Below are positions 49,431 through 57,960 of a stretch of 64,000 nt of DNA, one piece after another. This DNA comes from Dethiobacteria bacterium (GTDB taxonomy: Bacteria > Bacillota > Dethiobacteria > DTU022 > UBA8154). Within the stretch, counting starts at the first letter, position 1. Each line of letters begins with the position of its first letter. The stretch is from positions 19,722-83,721 of the forward strand of contig JBMNNQ010000002.1 in the NCBI GenBank assembly GCA_050942615.1, written 5' to 3'. The position numbers and the translations under genes were made by a program. The notes below the pieces were generated by a model, which saw only the letters and a list, made by a program, of their open reading frames with translations, searched no databases and was not told the origin of the DNA.

Positions 49431-49946
49431 ATGAAAAAATTATTTTTAGTCGTAACGTTGATTGCTGTCGTAATAGCAGGCGCCTGCTTGCTTACAAACC
49501 CTGCCCGCAAGGAAATTGATCAGGACATTCCGGTGTTGACGATTACAACACCCCGGGATTTGTTCAGCCCGTTTATGAGCTCAATGTTCGGCTTTGAATT
49601 AGTGGTAAATGCGCCCGGTGAGCCTGCAATTTATACCTATGCCTGCGATAAAGGCACCTTTTGTACCTATAAGGACGCTAAAGTAACCCACCAAGGCAAT
49701 AATCTAACAACTGCTGAGAAAGTATACTGGACACCGGTTGAGGACGGCGAATATGTATATTCAGGCGAAATGGATAAAATCCTGATAACTATCACGGCAT
49801 TGGATCAGGAGAAGAAAGCAATTGCCCGCGGCACAGCGGCTATCGAACATGATCCCGAAGGTGGGTGGTTTAAGTTTACCGGGGAGGCTGCAGCAAGCCA
49901 ATCCCTGGATGAAACACCCGACCCTGTTCAGGGCATAAAAAAATAG
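49431..49946 (+). CDS. Hypothetical secreted/membrane-anchored protein
   Basis: RBS AAGGGGGAG. N-terminal signal/anchor MKKLFLVVTLIAVVIAGACLL. No family recognised. Confidence 0.45.
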   Translation: MKKLFLVVTLIAVVIAGACLLTNPARKEIDQDIPVLTITTPRDLFSPFMSSMFGFELVVNAPGEPAIYTYACDKGTFCTYKDAKVTHQGNNLTTAEKVYWTPVEDGEYVYSGEMDKILITITALDQEKKAIARGTAAIEHDPEGGWFKFTGEAAASQSLDETPDPVQGIKK

Positions 49947-49956
49947 AATTTTTAGT

Positions 49957-49985
49957 GCTGCAACGGGGACGGTTCCTGTTGCATT
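49957..49985. repeat. Hairpin repeat copy 2 (same orientation)
   Basis: GCUGCAACGGGGACGGUUCCUGUUGCAUU. Stem CAACGGG/CCYGUUG, loop GACGGUU. Confidence 0.5.
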
Positions 49986-50280
49986 CCTGTTCAATAGTTT
50001 ACGAGGTAGGCTCTGACCAAAACGATCTCCTTTTCATTTATCCAATAACTGGTTCACATAAGCATTATTTCTTGCTATATTGTGGACTATACCCCTGCTG
50101 ACTACCCATTGCTGTCATAAAAGTTCCGGAAAGTATCTTTTTTCCAAGCTTTTATTATAAATTGCCTCGCAGTTATTTCCTTTCATTATTGCATGGCAAT
50201 AACCTGTTGAGCTTTCCATTTGAGTACCCCTAGGCATAAAATAGTCCCAAGGGAATTTTAATATGTAATTTGTTATGGTG

Positions 50281-50323
50281 CAATGGGAACCGTCCCCGTT
50301 GCATCCCCGTCCCGTTGCATTTC
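50281..50323. repeat. Hairpin repeat copy 3 (inverted orientation, with partial tandem duplication)
   Basis: Reverse complement reads GCAACGGGGACGGUUCCCAUUG. Together with copy 2 it brackets about 300 bp of AT-rich non-coding DNA, a MITE-like architecture. Confidence 0.5.
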
Positions 50324-50565
50324 ATAGAAACAAATCCTCAGAAATGGCAGGAAGACAAGTATTACAGGTAGCGGCGCATCATTTCCAGGTAGCGGCGCAT
50401 CATTTCTATTATGCGCACTAAAACAGGGGTAGAAAGAAAGGATACCATGCTTGGAAAATGGCCTCTATAGACTCATCTATTTCCCAGGATTTTTATTTAT
50501 TGTGTTGATATTAGTTGACATAGGCTGGTATTTGTTTTAAACTAATGTCAAGTGGAGGTGGTTTT

Positions 50566-51324
50566 ATGAACATCGGCGATGAACTTATTACTGCCCAGGA
50601 GTTAGCCGATTCCTTAAGTCTTTCTGTGGATACAGTCTGGAGGTACACCCGGGAAAAGAAAATACCCTGTGTAGAAATCAGCGGCAGGCAGTACCGGTAT
50701 AACAGGCAAAAGGTGCTCAAGGCGTTATCCGGGGAAACTGATCCAACCCTGGTAAGGGAAGAACCCGCCCCCTACCAGGGTGAAAAAAAACTGACCTACA
50801 GTGATTATGCAAAAATTCCCGAAGAGCCCGGCTTTCAGCATGAGGTTATTGATGGGATACTAGTGCGGGATCCCTCCCCTTCTTTCCAGCATCAAAGAGT
50901 TTCTCGGAGATTGCAGCGAATACTTGAGGATTATTTCCACAAAACAGATCCAAGAGGTGAAGTCTTTGATGCCCCGCTGGATTTGAATTTGGATGTGCAT
51001 ACCGTGGTACAGCCGGACCTGATGTACCTGCCCGGCAGCCGTCCAGCGCGCAATGATCCGGTAGACAGTGTCCCGGAGTTAATCGTGGAGGTTTTATCAC
51101 CTTCCAGCAGCCGAAAAGATCGGGTGTTGAAACTAAACCATTACCAGTCATCGGGAGTTACGCACTACTGGATTCTAGATCCGGAGGGCGCCTTTATTGA
51201 AGCCTATGAGCTACAGGATGGGCTTTATGTATCCATAGTCAGGGCATGTGAAGGTATTTTTTCCCACCCCAGTTTTCCGGATCTTTCCTTCAACATTGAC
51301 GAACTGTTTAGCAAGCCGGACTAG
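50566..51324 (+). CDS. Fusion protein: excisionase-family HTH domain + Uma2/DUF820 (PD-(D/E)xK restriction-endonuclease-like) domain
   Basis: N-terminus ITAQELADSLSLSVDTVWRYTREKKIPCVEISGRQYRY is a Xis/MerR-type HTH. The C-terminus carries the Uma2 pattern (EVIDGIL...PDLMYL...PELIVEVLSPSS...YWILDP). RBS GGAGGTGG. Confidence 0.65.
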   Translation: MNIGDELITAQELADSLSLSVDTVWRYTREKKIPCVEISGRQYRYNRQKVLKALSGETDPTLVREEPAPYQGEKKLTYSDYAKIPEEPGFQHEVIDGILVRDPSPSFQHQRVSRRLQRILEDYFHKTDPRGEVFDAPLDLNLDVHTVVQPDLMYLPGSRPARNDPVDSVPELIVEVLSPSSSRKDRVLKLNHYQSSGVTHYWILDPEGAFIEAYELQDGLYVSIVRACEGIFSHPSFPDLSFNIDELFSKPD

Positions 51325-51597
51325 CTACCGGGGATTGCAAGGGACCTCGCCCCGGGTTGCTGACATGAAAGGGTTCTAAACATCCTTTAGTGTAAATGGC
51401 AGCCAAATTATGGTTACCATGGATTTTATTGACAAAAGCATAAAGCTCCGGAAGGAAAATATTCTTCTCCAACTTCATGGTTTTAATAGCCCCATCCGTA
51501 ACAACAAAAATCGGTGCAATTTATAAATTTTAAAATATGAAAATTGATTCCGTGGCATAATCATGGTATAATTATGTCACGAAGGGAGCGAAGGATT

Positions 51598-51858
51598 ATG
51601 CCAAAAATTATTCCAATTAGAGATTTGAAAAATACAAGTGAAATATCCCAAATGTGTAAAGAGTCCAATGAACCTATTTATATTACGAAAAATGGGTATG
51701 GGGATATGGTTATTATGAGCATGGAATTATATGAAGAAAAAATGTTTATGCTGGATGTATATAATAAACTTATTGCGGCAGTGGAACAAATAAAACAGGG
51801 AAAGGTACTTGACGGGGATGCTTCAATAAAAGCAATAAGGGAAAAATACAATGTATAG
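51598..51858 (+). CDS. Type II antitoxin, Phd/YefM family
   Basis: IPIRDLKNTSEISQMCKESNEPIYITKNGYGDMVIMSMELYE is the Phd/YefM signature. RBS AGGGAG. Confidence 0.65.
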   Translation: MPKIIPIRDLKNTSEISQMCKESNEPIYITKNGYGDMVIMSMELYEEKMFMLDVYNKLIAAVEQIKQGKVLDGDASIKAIREKYNV

Positions 51859-52159
51859 ATTGAATGTTTCTAAACTAGCACATCAGGATTTGGATAAAAT
51901 TGTTTCATACGTTGCCATAAACCTTGCCAGTCCAAGTGCAGCCACCGATCTCCTTAATAAGGTGGCGGAATGTTATGCTTATTTAAAGGACAATCCTTTT
52001 ATGTACGCGAAATGCCAGGATAAGCAGTTGGAAGAAAAAGGTTGTCGTAAGGTATCAACCAAAAGTTATGTGCTTGTTTATAAAATTAATGAAAACGCTA
52101 GAACTGTTAACATTTTGCGTTTCTTTTACGGGGCACAAGATTACGTGAAATTAATATAA
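51851..52159 (+). CDS. Type II toxin, RelE/ParE family
   Basis: A 102-aa protein overlapping the antitoxin stop by 8 nt. C-terminus ...ARTVNILRFFYGAQDY is typical of ParE/RelE toxins. Confidence 0.6.
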   Translation: MYRLNVSKLAHQDLDKIVSYVAINLASPSAATDLLNKVAECYAYLKDNPFMYAKCQDKQLEEKGCRKVSTKSYVLVYKINENARTVNILRFFYGAQDYVKLI

Positions 52160-52410
52160 GATTTGCTGGTGAGAAAAGGTTCCATAATTTGAAAAAACTG
52201 TAACAGGTCTATTGTGCTTGCAGCTGCTCAGGCGGTTGTGAGCGTGAATAAAACCTGCCCCTGTTAAAACTTTATATAAAATTACACGTCTATAAAGGTA
52301 AAAAGGGGGATCTATGGTATGAAGAAACTTGGCGGATGTATATCATATTATTTTTAAGGAAGGGAAAACAGGGCAGGCTGGAGAAATTCCCCATGTAACC
52401 GGTATTATGG

Positions 52411-55020
52411 TTGAGGGGTATGCTGATGGCCCGTTCCCTGGTTTTCCTGACATTTTTCTATGTCCTGGGGATTGTCCTGGGGCGTTATTGTTTTTCCTAC
52501 CAGGCATCACTTTATTTGTTATGCGGTGCAGCAGCCTGGGTTTTGTTTAACTTCATTTTTAAAAGTAAAGGCCTGCAGGCGTTTGTTTCCCTGTTGGTTC
52601 TTTTTTTAGCTGTTGGCAGTTTGGCTTTAAATTTTTCCTTACAGAAAACGGTGGGTAATATCCGTGCTTTCCACGGGGAAAAATGTGGGCTGACGGGTAT
52701 GATCGAGGATGAACCTTTGTGGCGGGAGGATGATGTAGTTTTCCCCCTGCGCCCGGAAAAGCTGGTCCTAAAAGGCAAAGAACATTCTGTCAGCGGCACG
52801 GTGCGGGTTGTGCTGCGGCTGCGGGATTTTCAATGGGACGGGGGCAGCGTTCCTGCAGGCAGTGAAAAGGCCGGGGAGGAAAAAAACCTTGGGACAGACG
52901 AAGGGGGCAGGGCCAGAACTTGGTATGCAGGAAATGATAAAAGCGATCCTGAAAGCTTAGGGAATAAGGCCTGTGATGCAGACCTTTATTTTTTATCCTA
53001 CGGTCGACAAGTATCCTTGCAAGGTGTGCTTTATGAACCGCAGGAACAGCGCAACCCAGGCGGTTTTGCTTACCGTGACTATTTGGAAACGCAGGGGATG
53101 ACGGCTACTTTTTACGGTGCGGCTAAAGACACCGTTGATTTGGGACTTGCCCCAGGGCTTTCCAGCCTGCGGCGGGCAGCCCTGCAGGTTAAGGAAAAAA
53201 TGTCTGCAGTTTTAAGGGCCTACCTGCCGGTCAGGGAAGGTAACCTGCTGGTGGGGATGCTCTTTGGCGAACGTCGGGCGCTGGATCCGGAGGTGGAAAA
53301 TTTCTTTGCCCGCAGTGGCGTGGCGCATTTGCTGGCCGTTTCCGGGCTTCATGTTGGGTTGGTAGCAGGGTTTTTTTTGCTTTTCTGGCGCAGGATTGCC
53401 GGGCAGGGCTGGTGTTCTTTTTTGTTGAGTGTGCTGTTTCTTTTTTTGTACGTTTTTTTATGCGGCCTCAAACCTGCTGCACTGCGGTCTTTGTTGATGT
53501 TTATTTTAGCAGGGGCCGCCCTTTTTTTGGGGCGGCGCAACGATCTGCCTACAGCCCTGGCCGCTGCAGCCTTGGTTACACTTTTTTACCGCCCCCTTTA
53601 TCTGTTTTCTGTTGGCTTTCAGCTTTCTTATACGGCCACAGCAGGGCTTATTTTCTTTGCCCCTTATTTGCAGGAAAAAATAGGCGCTTTGTTGACGGGT
53701 TGGGGCCGCCCGGCTTTTATTGCAGAAAAAATAACCCCCTTGTTGGCGGTGACTATAGCGGCCCAAATCGGTGTTTTGCCCCTGACCGCTTATTATTTCC
53801 GGGAAATTTCCCTCATTGCACTTCTTACGAATGTGCTAATTCTGCCAGTGATGGCTTTAATTTTGGGTATCGGCCTTGTTGCTGCGCTGTTGGGGCTGTT
53901 CCTGCCTGTGGTTGGTGCATTCTTTAATCTGGCAAACTACCCGCTGCTGGCTTATGTTCTTTTTGTTACCTCCCAGGCAGGCGCCCTGCCCTTTTCCTAT
54001 TGCCAGGTTTACCCCCCGCGTCTGTTGGAGCTGGGCCTGTATTATGCTTTATTTGTGGCGTTGGCTGCTGGGGGTAAAAAATATTTCCTTTATTTTTACC
54101 AGTGCCTGCGGGGGCGGGTGCGCCTGTTTCATTTTTTAATAGTGTTTCTGGTTGCTGCTTTAATTTTTACCTGGTGGGGGGCACTGGGTGCCGGCCGGCG
54201 GCCCTTGGAGGTGGTTTTTCTTGATGTAGGGCAGGGGGATGCCATTTTTATGCAAACCCCCCGGGGGAAAAACATTCTCCTGGATGCCGGCGGCAAACCG
54301 GTTTATAAGGGAAATATTGCTGAAACAGGCCACTTGGTGGTGGTGCCTTTTTTGGAACACCGCCGTATCAAAAAACTGGATCTGGTGATCATCAGCCACC
54401 CCCATGAAGATCATTACGGGGGGCTTTTTGCAGTTCTGGAAAAAATACCGGTGAAAATGCTGGCGATTAATGACGAAATTCCAGAGGAGGGCCCTTACCC
54501 TGAGCTTTTGGCTTTGGCCCGGGATAAGGGTATTTCCCGGGAAATTTTGGGTGCGGGTGACTATTTAACGGTGGAACCGGCTTTGGAGATCCGTGTTTTG
54601 AACCCCCCGCGGGAGCTATGGCAGGGAACGGGCAGCAACACGAACAACAATTCGCTGGTTGTGCATCTGCGCTACAAGGATGCGGGGCTGCTTTTGACGG
54701 GGGATGTCGAAACGACGGCTGTCGAATTTCTTCTAAAACAAGGGGATTTGCCGTTATACCAGGTGTTAAAAATACCCCACCACGGCAGCGCCCTGGCCAG
54801 CTTGCCTTCTTTCCTGGATAAGTTTCCCCCCTGGGCAGCGGTGATCAGTGTCGGGCCTAATTCTTTCGGCCACCCGCATGCAGATACCCTGGCTGCCCTG
54901 GAAGAAAGGGGCCTGCAAGTTTTTCGCACAGACTGGCACGGTGCAATAACATTCAAAACCAAAGGCTATGTCTGGGAGGCCAAAACCATGCTACCGCTGC
55001 AAAAGGCCGCTGAAAGGTAA
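52411..55020 (+). CDS. comEC: DNA internalization competence protein ComEC/Rec2 (DUF4131 + competence domain + metallo-beta-lactamase domain)
   Basis: Polytopic N-terminal region and the competence motif (GVAHLLAVSGLHVG). The C-terminal MBL fold has VVFLDVGQGDA, ILLDAG, ISHPHEDHYGG. Confidence 0.85.
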   Translation: MRGMLMARSLVFLTFFYVLGIVLGRYCFSYQASLYLLCGAAAWVLFNFIFKSKGLQAFVSLLVLFLAVGSLALNFSLQKTVGNIRAFHGEKCGLTGMIEDEPLWREDDVVFPLRPEKLVLKGKEHSVSGTVRVVLRLRDFQWDGGSVPAGSEKAGEEKNLGTDEGGRARTWYAGNDKSDPESLGNKACDADLYFLSYGRQVSLQGVLYEPQEQRNPGGFAYRDYLETQGMTATFYGAAKDTVDLGLAPGLSSLRRAALQVKEKMSAVLRAYLPVREGNLLVGMLFGERRALDPEVENFFARSGVAHLLAVSGLHVGLVAGFFLLFWRRIAGQGWCSFLLSVLFLFLYVFLCGLKPAALRSLLMFILAGAALFLGRRNDLPTALAAAALVTLFYRPLYLFSVGFQLSYTATAGLIFFAPYLQEKIGALLTGWGRPAFIAEKITPLLAVTIAAQIGVLPLTAYYFREISLIALLTNVLILPVMALILGIGLVAALLGLFLPVVGAFFNLANYPLLAYVLFVTSQAGALPFSYCQVYPPRLLELGLYYALFVALAAGGKKYFLYFYQCLRGRVRLFHFLIVFLVAALIFTWWGALGAGRRPLEVVFLDVGQGDAIFMQTPRGKNILLDAGGKPVYKGNIAETGHLVVVPFLEHRRIKKLDLVIISHPHEDHYGGLFAVLEKIPVKMLAINDEIPEEGPYPELLALARDKGISREILGAGDYLTVEPALEIRVLNPPRELWQGTGSNTNNNSLVVHLRYKDAGLLLTGDVETTAVEFLLKQGDLPLYQVLKIPHHGSALASLPSFLDKFPPWAAVISVGPNSFGHPHADTLAALEERGLQVFRTDWHGAITFKTKGYVWEAKTMLPLQKAAER

Positions 55021-55419
55021 CCCCTTGCTTTGTGGTGCTTACTTTGGAACGGTTATTGGTTGCCGGGTAAAAACAATGTGTGCTACACTTATGCAATTTT
55101 CACCAAAAAAAGGGCAGGCGCTGTTCTGCGGATTGGTTTGTGGATTGTTTTAAACAAACAGGGAAGATGACTGCAGAAAGCGAAGTTTTTATAGCTGGGC
55201 AAACATGTATACAGAAACTGCCCCAGAATCAGAAGCCTGCCAGCCCCTAAAAAAGCGTCCTAAAATTAGGGGGATTAGTTTTTTGTTTGTGCTTTACTAT
55301 CATGCTCTGACAAACAAAAAAACTTAACGTCCCCGCGTTTGTCCCGCTTTTGTCTAAAAAAATTTGGGGTTAATAGGTTGTGCCGCTACATATTTGTGAT
55401 AAAATTAATAGGCCGCAAC

Positions 55420-55468
55420 CCCTAATAGTAACAGGGGTTAGCGGCCATTTTTTTGTAAGCTTGCTATA
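55420..55468. terminator. Bidirectional rho-independent terminator between convergent genes
   Basis: 13-bp stem GGCCGCAACCCCT/AGGGGTTAGCGGCC followed by TTTTTTTG on the plus strand. A T-rich tract also lies on the minus side. Confidence 0.6.
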
Positions 55469-55499
55469 AAAGCATGATTACAGCTGTTTGTAGTTGTCC

Positions 55500-57389
55500 T
55501 TAAAGTTCTTTGGTACCGTTATCCCTATAAAATACCAAGGCGTTGGGGACCGGCCGGCCGGGTTTGGTGATCGTCAGGCCGTGCAAAAGAAGGCCGGCTG
55601 AACCGCCCCCGTCTAAGTTTATAGCCTGGGCAACGCCCAAGTCTTCTTGCAGGATAGTGCCCAGCTGGCCCAGTGTGGCCGGTGTGGTGCTGATCAAGAT
55701 TATACGTCCCTCGGGGCTCAGGGCCAACGCCGAACGGATAGCAGGGACTTTGGAAGCCGGCGCGACAATTTGACCGTCTTTGATAATTAAGGGCCAGCAG
55801 GTAAAGGCCTCTTGAACGTCCGACCAGTCGACGCGCTCTCCTTTTTTGTCTTTAAATATAATTTCATAGGTTACCTGTCTTCCTTTTATAAAATGCTGCA
55901 GTGCTTCTTTTTGCAGGTACTCTGTAAAGGTGATGACGCAGCCCCCGGGGGGGATGAAAGCGTCGGTGTTGGTAACGCAATCCAGGATGTTTCCTTCTTT
56001 ATCCACAATGACGGCTGTGCCGTAATCAAAGCCGATGTTACTTCCCCGCACTGTTGTAAAAATATAAAGGGAGGGCTCCTCCGGTGAAGGGGTATGGTTG
56101 AGGCCAAAGGCGCTCCAGCTGTGGACAATGCGATCGTTTTCCAAAACAATACCCTTGACTTCTACATCCAGGTCAGCAACCCGGACTTCCTTTTCGGCTG
56201 TAAAACCTACTGTAGTGCCTAAATTGTTTGTTTGCACTGTTTCCCCCCCTGTAATAATGGTGCCGTAGGGATCCGGGTATTTACCGGTGGGGTTAAAATA
56301 AGTGCCGTTGATGATTGCTACCGGGCTTTGGAAATAGGAGGCGTAGTTGTGCAGGGCGGTAGCCTTTCCCATCTGCCCCTGGGCTAAGGCAACTTTAGGC
56401 TGCAAGGAGGGGGAAAGCTCTACTGTATGCACGCCGACCACGCAGGAGTCCTTTGGCGTGCTTTCTTTATTGTCAGTTTCCGAGGGGGTATCCAGCTGAT
56501 CATTTTCTGAAACACCACCCTCGAAATTACCGGCCTGCTTGCTTTCAGAAATATTATCCGGGGGGCTATCTATACCTAACCCTGTTTCTTCTTTTTTTCC
56601 AGTTTCCTTTTCCTGGTCAGTAAATTTTCTTTCTATGTAGCGATACCGCACCAGTCCTGTTTCCAGGTAAACCTTTTTTTCAACATCATCCCAATTTACC
56701 TGCAGTTCTCCAAAAAATTCACCGATAAAACGCAGGGGCACCAAGACCCGGTTGCCGAACAACAGGGGGGGCACTTCCAAGTTATGTGTTTCACCATTAA
56801 GCAGCGCCTCCTGCCGGTTAACAGTTAGTTTCAGGGTACGGTCCCCCTTGCGAACGCTTACTGTTTTGGCGGCGTCGTCCCAGTTGACCCGGGCCTGCAG
56901 GGCTTCAAAAAGCGCCCGGAAGGGAACAAGTACCCGCCCCTTTTCCAGGGCCGGCTGCACATCGAAAACTATTTGCAATCCATCCAGGAAAACCGGTATT
57001 TCCCTTTCCTGCTTATCATTTAGTGTTGTTGTGTCCCCTGCGGCTTTTCCCCCGGTGTTATTTTCATCTTTGTTTTCATCTGCTGCAGTTTTTTCAGTAG
57101 TCTTCGTTGTAGGGTCTTTTTCTGTTTGCGAAGTATTTTCATTTTCCTCTTCCTTGGCAGCAGCTACTTCCCCGGCTTTTTCCGGTACAGTAGAATCATT
57201 TTTTAGCAGGCCGGCTGTGTCGGCCGTGAAAACCGCGCCTGGTAAACCGAGCCCATCCTGGTTCCTCGTTTGCGCCCGGGCCGGGGCAGCAGCAAGGTTT
57301 ATACCGCAAAAAACAACGACCCCCCAAAGACAAATATTGGCCAGCAATATTTTCAGCGGCCTTGTTTTTTTTGTTAAGCTGAATTCCAT
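55500..57389 (-). CDS. Secreted protein with copper-amine-oxidase N-terminal-like stalk repeats and a phosphodiester-glycosidase (NAGPA-like/DUF2233) domain
   Basis: Signal peptide present. Two repeats of the ...VP(F/L)R...NWDD... CuAO_N type. The C-terminal domain has INLDGGGSAGLL. Confidence 0.65.
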   Translation of the reverse strand: MEFSLTKKTRPLKILLANICLWGVVVFCGINLAAAPARAQTRNQDGLGLPGAVFTADTAGLLKNDSTVPEKAGEVAAAKEEENENTSQTEKDPTTKTTEKTAADENKDENNTGGKAAGDTTTLNDKQEREIPVFLDGLQIVFDVQPALEKGRVLVPFRALFEALQARVNWDDAAKTVSVRKGDRTLKLTVNRQEALLNGETHNLEVPPLLFGNRVLVPLRFIGEFFGELQVNWDDVEKKVYLETGLVRYRYIERKFTDQEKETGKKEETGLGIDSPPDNISESKQAGNFEGGVSENDQLDTPSETDNKESTPKDSCVVGVHTVELSPSLQPKVALAQGQMGKATALHNYASYFQSPVAIINGTYFNPTGKYPDPYGTIITGGETVQTNNLGTTVGFTAEKEVRVADLDVEVKGIVLENDRIVHSWSAFGLNHTPSPEEPSLYIFTTVRGSNIGFDYGTAVIVDKEGNILDCVTNTDAFIPPGGCVITFTEYLQKEALQHFIKGRQVTYEIIFKDKKGERVDWSDVQEAFTCWPLIIKDGQIVAPASKVPAIRSALALSPEGRIILISTTPATLGQLGTILQEDLGVAQAINLDGGGSAGLLLHGLTITKPGRPVPNALVFYRDNGTKEL

Positions 57390-57960
57390 AATGTTCTCCT
57401 TTCCGAACTATATCTACCTTTTTTGTTTATTGTTAACAGCTATATTACTGCTCTGTTCCTAAAATCTTGGTTGGTGCTGCAAATCTAGATTGATACTGCA
57501 GGCCGAGGCAGGCCGCCGGTACTAACCCGGCGACAAGGACGAAATTTTTTATCCCGTTTCAAAAAGTTGGCAGGCTGATCGAATGGGCGAATTGCTGAAT
57601 TTATCAAGTACAACTGCCATAAAGCCTTCTGCTCCAATTTCCATCAAAGGTGAAAAGGTTGTTTCGCCCTGTCTATAATATAGCTGAAAATAAATTGGCA
57701 GGGTAGCCAAGTATTGTCATCCCCTAATTATGTAGAACGGTAAACATCGCAAAAGGTTGCTCCTGCTGGAAATTTTCTGGTGAAACAGCCCTGGGGTATA
57801 TATCCAGATCCTGGCGGGGTTCCTGGCGGGCTGCAATTATTCTTTATAAATGGCAAGGGTTTTATACTTTTTTCAAGAATGATCTTGTATTAACCAAAAA
57901 TATGCAAGTAAAATTGATAGTAATATTTTAATAATTTATATTTTTAGGGGTGGAGTTCAG

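Noticed and set aside
57400-57960. NrdR box or B12 riboswitch upstream of nrdD
   Set aside because: No 16-bp ACACwAtATaTwGTGT-type palindrome or B12 box was seen. Only a weak CAAGAATGATCTTG inverted repeat is present.
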